A stretch of 64,000 nucleotides of DNA from Ignavibacteriota bacterium (GTDB lineage Bacteria > Bacteroidota > Ignavibacteria > UBA10030 > UBA6906): assembly GCA_963801355.1 (NCBI GenBank), contig CAWDEM010000004.1, forward strand, positions 1,280,001 through 1,344,000, read 5' to 3'. This document shows, piece after piece, positions 9,952 to 19,090 of this stretch. The notes beneath the pieces are model-generated. The model was not told the DNA's origin and did no database searches. It worked only from the letters and a program-made list of their open reading frames with translations. Position numbers and translations under genes: made by a program. The first letter of the stretch is position 1. Each line of letters opens with the position of its first letter.

Positions 9952-11397
9952 ATGGATCAGCCGCGTTCAAACCCGCTCAGTTCCGTTGTCCGGCCCACGA
10001 TCTATGTCACATTGGTCCGTGAAGGCACCCCCGAGCTCACCCTGAAGTTCCACGATCGGTTTCTCATCGGTAATTCCCAGGATTGTGAAGTGGTGCTCGA
10101 AGACACTGACGTGAGTCCGGTCCACGCAGAAGTCTGGTTCGAGAAAGGGAGCTGGTGGCTTCGGGACAGGAGTGGCAAGGGAGAGACCTACCTTAACGGA
10201 CAACCCATTGACACTCTCGAATTGGAGAATGAGACGGAGATATTGTTCGGCATGGGTGGCCAGGTTTTGATGTTCGATGTGCGCGCAATGCCGCACCATG
10301 TCCTCACAAAAGCGGTGCGTCAGGCCTTCCGGAAGAGCGGGTACGTTCCGGTGGGTGAATACCGGCTGGCGACCCACCGGCTTCTCACCCGATTCCTCCG
10401 CCATCAAGCGAGGAAATATGGTTGGATTATCGCGGTTCTGGCTGTAGTCGCAGCGGGCGCAGGCGGCTATGCGTATATCAAACACCGGCAGCTCGAAAAA
10501 CAGCAAGCACTGGCGCAAGATGTCTTCTATGAAATGAAGGAGATCGAGCTGGCCCTCGCACGGCTCGAACAACGGATCACCGCGCGGGGCGATACGCTTT
10601 CGACCGCTGAATTGCAGGCGTCCCGCTCGCGTTTACTGCAATTGAACGCCAGCTACGACAAATACATCAGCGAGCTCGGAGTCTACAAGGAAGGGATGGA
10701 TGAGAGCAACCGGACGATTCTCCGTGTCGCGAGGATGTTCGGCGAATGCGAGCTCACGATGCCCCCCGATTTTGTGGGCGAAGTGAAACGGTACATCGGT
10801 CTCTGGAAGCTTTCCAGCAGGCTTGTGCATTCCCTTGAGCGGGCGGAGAGGCTCGGGTACACGGACCTGATCTCCCGGACCTTGATGGAAGAGCACATGC
10901 CACCGCAATTCTTTTTCCTCGCGCTGCAGGAAAGTGAATTCGACAGCTCGGCAGTCGGCCCACCCACCGACTACGGCATTGCAAAGGGAATGTGGCAATT
11001 CATCCCCATGACCGCCACGCAGTACGGTCTGAAGACAGGGCCGCTCAAGGAATTTGCGCGGATGGATCCTCGGGACGAGAGGCACCGGGTTGGCAAAGCG
11101 AGTCGGGCGGCGGCAAAGTACATTCGCGATATTTACAACACGGAAGCGCAGGCCTCGGGCCTGCTGGTCATGGCCTCCTACAATTGGGGACACAATATTG
11201 TGAAGAAGCTTGTCCGCCAGCTTCCGGAGAACCCGCGGGAACGCAACTTCTGGAAATTCCTGTCCGCATACAAGGGAAAGATCCCGCAGCAGACGTACGA
11301 TTATGTGTTCATGATCGTTTCCGCCGCTTGTATATGCGAGAACCCCGGCCTCTTCGGTTTTTCCTTTGCAAAGCCGCTCCGTGAAGCGGCGCAGTAG
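9952..11397 (+). CDS. FHA domain + TM + coiled coil + SLT (MltD-like) lytic transglycosylase
   Basis: FHA-like IGNSQDC...VSPVHA; TM WIIAVLAVVAAGAGGYAY; SLT motifs LQESEF, AKGMWQFIP, ASYNWG. Confidence 0.85.
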   Translation: MDQPRSNPLSSVVRPTIYVTLVREGTPELTLKFHDRFLIGNSQDCEVVLEDTDVSPVHAEVWFEKGSWWLRDRSGKGETYLNGQPIDTLELENETEILFGMGGQVLMFDVRAMPHHVLTKAVRQAFRKSGYVPVGEYRLATHRLLTRFLRHQARKYGWIIAVLAVVAAGAGGYAYIKHRQLEKQQALAQDVFYEMKEIELALARLEQRITARGDTLSTAELQASRSRLLQLNASYDKYISELGVYKEGMDESNRTILRVARMFGECELTMPPDFVGEVKRYIGLWKLSSRLVHSLERAERLGYTDLISRTLMEEHMPPQFFFLALQESEFDSSAVGPPTDYGIAKGMWQFIPMTATQYGLKTGPLKEFARMDPRDERHRVGKASRAAAKYIRDIYNTEAQASGLLVMASYNWGHNIVKKLVRQLPENPRERNFWKFLSAYKGKIPQQTYDYVFMIVSAACICENPGLFGFSFAKPLREAAQ

Positions 11398-11434
11398 AAC
11401 CTTGCGTTGAGCGGGCTACCACCTCTCCAGGCCT

Positions 11435-12934
11435 ATGGCAACGACAGCCCTCCATCTCCTCGGTTTTGATCTCGGTGCAAGCAGCGGCCGTGCGATCCTC
11501 GGGCGCTATGATGGCCGGCGGCTGAGCGTCGAGACTGTCCACCAGTTTTCCAATGGACCGGTCTATTGTGCAGGCCGGATGTACTGGGACGTTCTCCGGT
11601 TCATGTCGGAAATCCAGGAGGGGATCCGAAAGGGAGTACAAGAGGCCGGCGGTCTGATCACCTCGATGGGCATCGACACATGGGGAGTGGACTTTGGCCT
11701 TCTGGACGGAAGGGGCGAGCTGCTGGGGAATCCCTATCATTACCGCGATCCCCGGACGGACGGAATGTTCGCAGAGGCCTTTAAGAGAATGCCCCGCGAG
11801 CAGATCTTCGCTCTGACCGGCGTGGCGTTTCAACCGTTCAATACGCTCTATCAGTTGCTTGCGACACGGCTCGAAGCGCCCGCAATTCTTGAGAATGCAT
11901 CCTGTTTGCTCATGATGCCCGATCTGCTTGCCTACCTGCTGACGGGAGTGAAAGGAACGGAGTACACGGATGCGAGCACGACGCAAATGCTTGACGCGGC
12001 GTCGCGCACATGGAACACGCAGCTCCTCACGGCGATGGATCTGCCCGAACATCTGTTCGGCATTCCTTCCCCTCCCGGCGCGATCCGGGGTATGCTGTCG
12101 CGGTCGATCGCAGCCGACCTTGGCATTGCGCCCTTTCCGGTCATCGCTGTTGCCGGGCATGATACGGCGTCGGCAGTTGTTGCTACACCGCTTTCAGGAG
12201 CGGGAAGCGCCTACCTCAGCAGCGGGACATGGTCTCTCCTGGGAGCCGAGATCGGCAGTCCGTGCCTCGATCCCGAAGTGATGCGCTGGAACTTCACAAA
12301 CGAAGGAGGGGTCGGGGGGACCTACAGGCTGCTGCGGAATGTGATGGGACTCTGGATACTGCAGGAATGTCAGCGCTACTGGAAAGCTGCGGGCCATGAA
12401 CGATCGTACACCGATCTCGTTGCACTCGCAGAAGCCAGTGAGGCGGGCGGTGCGCTCATCGATCCCGATCATCCCGTGTTCTATGCGCCGGGAGACATGG
12501 AGCAACGGATCAGGTTGTTCTGCGAGCGGACCGGGCAGAGCCCGCCCGGGACCGAAGGTGCGACAGTGCGTTGCATACTGACAAGTCTTGCCCTGAAGTA
12601 CCGCCTGGTTCTTGAGCGGCTGGATTGCCTTGTGGGTGCGCGTGTGAGTTCCCTTCACATCGTAGGTGGCGGCGCACGCAATCATCTGCTCAACCGTCTC
12701 ACGGCTGAGGTGTGTGGCAGGCCGGTTTCCGCGGGCCCATTTGAAGCGACAGCCATCGGCAACATCCTGATGCAGCTCATGGCCTGCGGAGAACTCCGGA
12801 ATCCGGAGGAAATGCGCGCGTTGGTGCGTTGCTCGTTCCCCGTGCACACCTACGACGCACAAGGGACCGGCCACTACGACGAAGTGTACGGGCACTTTCT
12901 TGATTTGATCGAAGCTGGAGAGCAGAGAGAATGA
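11435..12934 (+). CDS. rhaB: Rhamnulokinase (FGGY family)
   Basis: DLGASSGR, GIDTWGVDFGLLD, HYRDPRT, GHDTASAV, SSGTWSLLG, FTNEGG. Confidence 0.85.
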   Translation: MATTALHLLGFDLGASSGRAILGRYDGRRLSVETVHQFSNGPVYCAGRMYWDVLRFMSEIQEGIRKGVQEAGGLITSMGIDTWGVDFGLLDGRGELLGNPYHYRDPRTDGMFAEAFKRMPREQIFALTGVAFQPFNTLYQLLATRLEAPAILENASCLLMMPDLLAYLLTGVKGTEYTDASTTQMLDAASRTWNTQLLTAMDLPEHLFGIPSPPGAIRGMLSRSIAADLGIAPFPVIAVAGHDTASAVVATPLSGAGSAYLSSGTWSLLGAEIGSPCLDPEVMRWNFTNEGGVGGTYRLLRNVMGLWILQECQRYWKAAGHERSYTDLVALAEASEAGGALIDPDHPVFYAPGDMEQRIRLFCERTGQSPPGTEGATVRCILTSLALKYRLVLERLDCLVGARVSSLHIVGGGARNHLLNRLTAEVCGRPVSAGPFEATAIGNILMQLMACGELRNPEEMRALVRCSFPVHTYDAQGTGHYDEVYGHFLDLIEAGEQRE

Positions 12935-13809
12935 ATCCGAACAGAACGCAATCCTCCCGGATGCATCCGTCAGAGGATCTGCACGCCGGTGAGACCGCGT
13001 TGCGACTGGACTGCGATCACGCCAGTGATACTCTTATTATGAGTTTCGCGGTTTTTCCGGCTCCCGACGGAAAACCCCGTTTTGATTTCGTCCGCGCGAC
13101 GTCTGCATTGCATGCCAAACGGATCTATGTGCGCGACGTGCATGAGCGTTGGTATCAGAAGGGAACGGCCCTGCTGGGCGGGAGTGTGCCCGAGGTCGCC
13201 GCGTCACTCCGGAACATCGTCGACGGCCAGCATGTCAGTCGCGTCATTGCGATCGGGAATTCCGGGGGAGGTTTCGCCGCCATTCTGTTCGGGGTCATGC
13301 TGGGTGTCGACGAGATCCATGCATTCAATCCCCCGACGCGGCTCATGGTTCCCGACGACACAAGTTTTCCCGAACAACTCCTGGCCCTGCAAAAGGAGTT
13401 CCCGCCGGGGAAGCCGTTCATGGATCTCCGCGTTGTCCTCGAAGAGCACCTGAGACCAACTACGCGCATCACTATCCATTATTCCAGGGGCGACAAGAGC
13501 GACCGTCGCCATGCTCTCTACCTTTCATCATTCCCCAATGTGCGGGTCTTCGAATACCCCATCATCGTTCATCATCTGGCAAAGTTCTGCAGTTCGCGAG
13601 GTCTTCTAGCCCCGCTTCTTGCCGCAGTAGTCGACGGCGATGAGGCCCGTTTTGCACAGCTTGTCGAGACCATCAAAAAGAAGGCGGCTGTGACGTATAT
13701 CCCGAACCGGGTGATCTGGTTCTTCGAAAAATCGTGGGGCCGGGCGGTCCGCTACGCGCATCAAATCTTCATCTTTTTCATGGGCTCGGAGCTTTTCGGG
13801 ATTTTCTAA
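12931..13809 (+). CDS. Hypothetical alpha/beta-hydrolase-like protein
   Basis: G-N-S-G-G-G-F-A-A nucleophile elbow; ATGA overlap with rhaB. Confidence 0.6.
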   Translation: MNPNRTQSSRMHPSEDLHAGETALRLDCDHASDTLIMSFAVFPAPDGKPRFDFVRATSALHAKRIYVRDVHERWYQKGTALLGGSVPEVAASLRNIVDGQHVSRVIAIGNSGGGFAAILFGVMLGVDEIHAFNPPTRLMVPDDTSFPEQLLALQKEFPPGKPFMDLRVVLEEHLRPTTRITIHYSRGDKSDRRHALYLSSFPNVRVFEYPIIVHHLAKFCSSRGLLAPLLAAVVDGDEARFAQLVETIKKKAAVTYIPNRVIWFFEKSWGRAVRYAHQIFIFFMGSELFGIF

Positions 13810-13977
13810 TTCCCTGTGCCTGCCGTTGTTTCTTTGCCCGTTGTTGCGTATCTTGAGATCCCCGGGGGGAATCCATTAGTCCATTTCCATGATGAAGGAC
13901 TGGCTCAAGCGGGTCATTTGACCGCACGAGTGCAATGGTTTTGTGCCTTCTGACAACAGAGCAGGACGAGGTGAACA

Positions 13978-15939
13978 ATGGTGGTGCGTCTCCGGGCGAT
14001 GCGATTCTTCTGTGTGGCCTTCCTGGGATTTCTCACTGCCTCCCCCGGCGTTGTGGCTCCCGCTTCCGCGGCGGGCTCTCAGTTTTTCCGCGTTGTCGTC
14101 CTGGGCTCCTCAACGGCGGTCGGATCCGCCGCCAAACCACTGGACAGCTCCTGGGTAAGCAAGTACGACAGGTACCTTGGATGGATCTTTCCTTCCCATG
14201 AGGTTATCAATCTGGCGGTGGGGGGATATACAACATTCAACATCATGCCGACAGGCTTTGCACCACCAAGCCCGTGGAACGTCTCAAAGTACCTTTCTGC
14301 CCCGGGGCATAACATCACAAGGGCACTACAGCTTCAGCCCGACCTCATCATTGTCAATCTCCCCACGAACGACTGTGCAGATTTCATTCCGGTCGACCGG
14401 CAGGTGGCAAATTACGACAGGGTCGTTCAGGAAGGGAACGCAGCAGGTGTTCCCGTCTGGATCACCACCTCCCAACCGCGGCTGCTTGGTGCGACCGCCC
14501 GGACACTTCTCCAGCTGATGAACGATGCGATCTTCAGCCGTTACCGGGCAATCGACTTCTGGTATGGACTGGCAGATGGCAGCGGCCGCATCCTTCCGCA
14601 ATATGACGCCGATGGCGCGCACCTGAACAATGCGGGTCATCAGGTGCTCTTTGACCGGGTCGTCAGCACCGTCCGGCTTCCTATGCCGTTACAGCTCTCA
14701 ACGACGGAACTCCACTTTGGCGACGTGCCCGTTGGTGAGAGAGGCACGCGCACGATCGTGCTGAGAAATGACGGGACCTCCACAATCACCATCGAACGGA
14801 TGTCGACGGGTACGTCGTCATTCGCAGTCAACGTCAATGCTGCCACCGTAGGGCCGGGGGGGTCGCAAACAGTTGACGTCACATTCACACCGGCATCATA
14901 CGGTACGCATACGGATGCCCTTTCGATCCACAACGATTCATTCACACCGGGTCTTCAGGTCGCGCTTTCCGGATTCGCATCCGCCCCGACCGTCGCTGTC
15001 TCGCGTTCACTGCTTGCATTCCCTTCGGTGAGGAAGGGTGGTGTGATCGGTCAGAACGTTATGCTGTACAACCGGGGGACCGTACCGCTGGAGGTCGCCC
15101 AGTTCTACACCAGGACACGTCACTTTCGCGTGCCAACGCCCACTCCTGCAGGAGTGCGCGCAGGAGACAGCCTCACGTTTGAGATCCTCTTTGCACCCGA
15201 TACGACAGGGCATATTCAGGACACCGTCCTCATTGTGACAAACGGTGGTGTCGAAACCGTTGTGGTGTACGGCGAGTCGCCCGCTCCGGTTCTCGTGAGT
15301 TCGGCGCCGTCCCTGGAGTTTGGCAGCGTCGCTATTAGAACGATGCAGTGGCGCTTCCTGACCCTTTGGCTGAACACCCTTGACGACGGCGTCAAAGTGA
15401 GAATCGATTCGGTGCGCCTCGACACGGGCGGATTTGTACTCAGCGGACTTCAGCTCCCTGCGACGCTGACCCGGCTGGACAGTCTTGTGCTCCGCGTCGG
15501 GTTTTCCCCGGTGCGTCAGGCGGCGTACACGGACACTCTGCGTGTGTTCAATAACACACTGTACGAGGTCGTGTGCGTTCCGTTGAACGGAACCGGCAAC
15601 GCTCCAGCGACCGATGTGTCGGCCTCGACGGTACTGCCTGACCGGGCGATGCTCTTTCAAAACTTTCCTAATCCCTTCAATCCGTCAACCACCTTGCGCT
15701 TCGCGGTCCCGTCCGCCCGCCAGTCGTCCGGCGGGAATCCTGATCCATGCCGGGTGAGGCTGGCTGTGTACGACATGTTGGGCCGCGAAGTGGCGGTCGT
15801 TGTGGATGAACTCATGTCGCCGGGGATCTACTCGGTCGAGTTCACCCCGGGCGGCGCCGGCCTGCCCAGCGGTACGTACTACTCCCGCTTATCTGCGGGG
15901 AATGCCAACGATGTCAAGAGGATGATCCTCCTGAGATGA
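13978..15939 (+). CDS. SGNH/GDSL esterase with Ig-like (choice-of-anchor D/ASH) repeats and T9SS CTD
   Basis: VVLGSSTAVG, NLAVGGY, DGAHLNNAGH; three LxFG...VxFxP Ig domains; QNFPNPFNPST CTD. Confidence 0.85.
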   Translation: MVVRLRAMRFFCVAFLGFLTASPGVVAPASAAGSQFFRVVVLGSSTAVGSAAKPLDSSWVSKYDRYLGWIFPSHEVINLAVGGYTTFNIMPTGFAPPSPWNVSKYLSAPGHNITRALQLQPDLIIVNLPTNDCADFIPVDRQVANYDRVVQEGNAAGVPVWITTSQPRLLGATARTLLQLMNDAIFSRYRAIDFWYGLADGSGRILPQYDADGAHLNNAGHQVLFDRVVSTVRLPMPLQLSTTELHFGDVPVGERGTRTIVLRNDGTSTITIERMSTGTSSFAVNVNAATVGPGGSQTVDVTFTPASYGTHTDALSIHNDSFTPGLQVALSGFASAPTVAVSRSLLAFPSVRKGGVIGQNVMLYNRGTVPLEVAQFYTRTRHFRVPTPTPAGVRAGDSLTFEILFAPDTTGHIQDTVLIVTNGGVETVVVYGESPAPVLVSSAPSLEFGSVAIRTMQWRFLTLWLNTLDDGVKVRIDSVRLDTGGFVLSGLQLPATLTRLDSLVLRVGFSPVRQAAYTDTLRVFNNTLYEVVCVPLNGTGNAPATDVSASTVLPDRAMLFQNFPNPFNPSTTLRFAVPSARQSSGGNPDPCRVRLAVYDMLGREVAVVVDELMSPGIYSVEFTPGGAGLPSGTYYSRLSAGNANDVKRMILLR

Positions 15940-16022
15940 TGCGGGCTGGCACCGTATGGCGTTCTTACGGAGAAATGCCGTATATTCCTCGTGTCGCCAA
16001 TCATTCCCTGTCCGGAAACACC

Positions 16023-18146
16023 ATGAACCGCCCAGCATTGTGTGGTTGCCTCCTGAGTGTTGTCCTCTTCTCTGTCTCCTTGCTTCCCGCCCAATGGGTG
16101 TCACTCGGACCGCCGGGTCCGGTTACTGCTGTTGCCAGGGGAGGGGATGTTCTCTACGCGGGCTCCATCTATGGAGGCGGAGTATTTAGCTCGACGGACA
16201 ACGGCGGTTCCTGGCAGCGACGGTCGGCAGGGCTCGAGAATGCCGATGTCGCGGCGTTGGCTTCCATCGGCACAGACGTGTTTGCCGCTCTGAGTAGAGC
16301 CGGCGTCTTCAGGACCTCGGATGGCGGCGCGAGCTGGCATCCGGCCAGTTCGGGGTTGATTTCTCTTGACGTCCGCTCACTCGTGGCGGTGGGCACGACC
16401 CTCTTCGCAGGGCCAGGGATCTATGGGGCTTTCGTCTCGACGGACAATGGGGAGTTTTGGACCCCTGCCGGAAAGGGGTTTGCGTCAGGAACCGCCACAT
16501 CCTTTCTCAGTGCCGGTGGCCTGCTTCTTGGCAGCTCATCATCAGGCGGTGTGTACGTTTCGAGCGATGGCGGCAAGATATGGACGCAGTCGGACAGCGG
16601 CCTGACCACAAACGCGGTCATCGCTCTTGCAACCGCCGGCCCGGCGATATTCGCCGGCACGTTGAACAAGGGTGTGTTTCGTTCCGTTGACGGCGGGGCG
16701 TTCTGGGTCCCTGTCAATGCCGGCCTGCCAGGCAGCGTCGTCGTTGCACTGGCAGCGGTCACACCGGCAGGAGGGAGCCCGCATCTCATCGCCGCAACGA
16801 TGGGCGGAAGGTTGTCAGTTTCGACCGACAGTGGCACATCGTGGAACGATGTTGATCTTGGACTCGTCAATAGAATGATCGGGTCGCTCACAGTGTCGGG
16901 GCCGGTCGTGTATGCAGGTGTTGGCGACGGCATCATGATGTCCGGTGACGGAGGATTCCATTGGTCGGATCTCAGCGTGGGGCTCACCAATTCCATCATC
17001 AGCGCGGTAGATCCTGGCAATGGCAGGCTGCTCACGGGATCGAAGGAAGGAGGCATTTGCCTTTCGACTGACGGAGGCGCTTCCTGGTTGCGGTATAATG
17101 AAGGTCTCACGTCAGTCCATATCACCTCGCTTACGCGCAACGGTGAGACGGTTTTTGCCGCCACCGACAGCGGGGTGTTTGCCCGCAATGACGGCGATGC
17201 CGCCTGGACAAAGAAAGGCGCGGGGTTGCCGGCGGCGGGAGTCAACGTCGTACGGATGGTCGGGTCGATTCTTTGCAGCGGACCCGGAGGCCGTGGGGTT
17301 TACACCTCCACCAACAACGGAGAGTCGTGGAGTTACGGCCTTGGATCAGTCCGGGATCTTGCCGGCACGATTGTTCAGTCGTTCGGTGGCGATACCTTGT
17401 CTCTGTTTGCCGGCACGAGCGGCAAAGGTGTGTTGGCCTCGTGGGACAAGGGGAAGAATTGGACCCCGTTCAATTCAGGGCTGCTGCCGACGGAAGTCTA
17501 TTCACTGGCCCGGATGGATTCGCTCTGTATTGCCGGCACCAGTGCCGGTCCTTACGTGATCGCAGATTCATGGGAACAGTGGCGTCCATGCACGACAGGG
17601 TTCGGGTCGAACGCAGCCCTCGCCCTTCTCGAAAGCGGGAGAATTCTCATTGCAGGATCCGTTGCCGGTGGTCTGTTTCTATCGACGGACAACGGATCGA
17701 CGTGGACTTCCGCCGGCGCCGGCCTCGGTGTCAGTACTGTGCAAGCTCTTGCCATTGACGGCACGTACGCGTATGCCGGAACGAGAGGAGGAGGCGTCTG
17801 CCGTCGCGCACTGGGCGAGTTGGTAGGATCGCTCGCAGTCGGCGAAGCACTCCCGGTGCCGACGGAATTCCGTCTTGAACAGTGTTATCCGAATCCTTTC
17901 AATCCGGCGACGGTGATCAGGTATCAATTGTCCGTTCCCGGCACGGTACGGCTTGCTGTCTATGATCTGCTTGGTCGGGAAGTTGCAGTGCTGGTGAATG
18001 GCAGACAGGAAGCGGGGACACACGCGGTGACGTTTTCTGCTGCGGGATTGGCAAGCGGTGCGTATACGTACCGGATTGAAGCCTGCGGCGATGGCGCGCA
18101 CGCGGTGCCGTACACCGAAGCAAAGCGAATGATGGTCGTCCGTTGA
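16023..18146 (+). CDS. Asp-box (BNR) repeat beta-propeller protein with T9SS CTD
   Basis: Repeated S-T-D-x-G-x-S/T-W motifs; QCYPNPFNP...YDLLGREV CTD; signal peptide from ATG 16023. Confidence 0.85.
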   Translation: MNRPALCGCLLSVVLFSVSLLPAQWVSLGPPGPVTAVARGGDVLYAGSIYGGGVFSSTDNGGSWQRRSAGLENADVAALASIGTDVFAALSRAGVFRTSDGGASWHPASSGLISLDVRSLVAVGTTLFAGPGIYGAFVSTDNGEFWTPAGKGFASGTATSFLSAGGLLLGSSSSGGVYVSSDGGKIWTQSDSGLTTNAVIALATAGPAIFAGTLNKGVFRSVDGGAFWVPVNAGLPGSVVVALAAVTPAGGSPHLIAATMGGRLSVSTDSGTSWNDVDLGLVNRMIGSLTVSGPVVYAGVGDGIMMSGDGGFHWSDLSVGLTNSIISAVDPGNGRLLTGSKEGGICLSTDGGASWLRYNEGLTSVHITSLTRNGETVFAATDSGVFARNDGDAAWTKKGAGLPAAGVNVVRMVGSILCSGPGGRGVYTSTNNGESWSYGLGSVRDLAGTIVQSFGGDTLSLFAGTSGKGVLASWDKGKNWTPFNSGLLPTEVYSLARMDSLCIAGTSAGPYVIADSWEQWRPCTTGFGSNAALALLESGRILIAGSVAGGLFLSTDNGSTWTSAGAGLGVSTVQALAIDGTYAYAGTRGGGVCRRALGELVGSLAVGEALPVPTEFRLEQCYPNPFNPATVIRYQLSVPGTVRLAVYDLLGREVAVLVNGRQEAGTHAVTFSAAGLASGAYTYRIEACGDGAHAVPYTEAKRMMVVR

Positions 18147-18160
18147 CGGTTCGTGCGGAG

Positions 18161-19087
18161 TTACTGCGTAATGGGGTACGTCACCGTGACGGTGACGGAG
18201 TTGCCGAACACACCGAGGCCGTCAGGGATGTTCGTGAAGTCCGGCTGGTCGAGTCTGATGCTTGATTCGTCGATCGGCCCGTTGTTGACGTAATAGTACT
18301 GGTACAGCACATCGTCGATTTGCGTGAGAATGAATGCCGCGCGGAGCCAGACGATGGGTGCAGCCGGATACTTGACGATGGTTTCGGCGCGCGTCTGGGT
18401 GTACTGAAGCGCATCAAAGTGAATCTGCACAATTTTTTGCGATGCCGCCAGGGCCTGCACGAGGGCCAATGAGGGGTACGTTTTCAGCAGGTTTCCGTCG
18501 GTGTCGTAGCGGCTGCTCAGGGGGACCTCCACGCGATGCAATTCCCATCCTCCCTCCACATACGCATAAAAGTCCAGATAGAAGTGCATGACGAATGCGC
18601 CGGTGAATGTGCCGAATGACGTGTTCAGGGTGATCCGTGCAGCGTCGGTATGATCGAGGATTCTCGGATTACTCAGGGTGAACGCTGGCAGACCGAGGGC
18701 GGTCGTGCTCGCTGTGGCGGCAAGCCCCGAGGGCGTCGCAACCTGAAGGAGATATCTGCTGCCGGGGTGCACCGGTTGGTTGTATGCCACGTAGATGTTG
18801 AGGGGCGTGATCCGCCCTTCCCCGTCGGTGGATGCAATCGTCGTGTCGTGGAACTCAATGGTTTTGCCGTCGTAAAGCATCCGCACCGATGCATCACGAA
18901 TCTCGGGTCCGGGGGGGGCCTCGTACGTCGTCGACACCCGGACATATTGCGTGGTGGATGCAGAGTTCAGAATACTATAGAGCACGAGCTTGCTGTTGAC
19001 CGGTCCATCCGGCTCGAAGGGCTGATTGCATGCCATGAGCATGCAGCAGACGACCGCACTGAGTCCTATGGGGAGGTGCTTCTTCAT
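18161..19087 (-). CDS. DUF4249-like lipoprotein (TonB receptor partner)
   Basis: Lipobox LMAC; C-terminal FTNIPDGLGVFG; directly downstream of a TBDR. Confidence 0.75.
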   Translation of the reverse strand: MKKHLPIGLSAVVCCMLMACNQPFEPDGPVNSKLVLYSILNSASTTQYVRVSTTYEAPPGPEIRDASVRMLYDGKTIEFHDTTIASTDGEGRITPLNIYVAYNQPVHPGSRYLLQVATPSGLAATASTTALGLPAFTLSNPRILDHTDAARITLNTSFGTFTGAFVMHFYLDFYAYVEGGWELHRVEVPLSSRYDTDGNLLKTYPSLALVQALAASQKIVQIHFDALQYTQTRAETIVKYPAAPIVWLRAAFILTQIDDVLYQYYYVNNGPIDESSIRLDQPDFTNIPDGLGVFGNSVTVTVTYPITQ

Positions 19088-19090
19088 GGC

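Noticed and set aside
11435-12934. Rhamnose utilisation operon
   Set aside because: Only the kinase is present; no isomerase, aldolase or transporter nearby, so the substrate assignment rests on family motifs alone.
15937-15939. Other TGA stops (15937, 18144, 58382, 60476, 5158, 53863, 51525) as Sec codons
   Set aside because: They lie at the expected protein termini with no Cys-motif context or conserved continuation.
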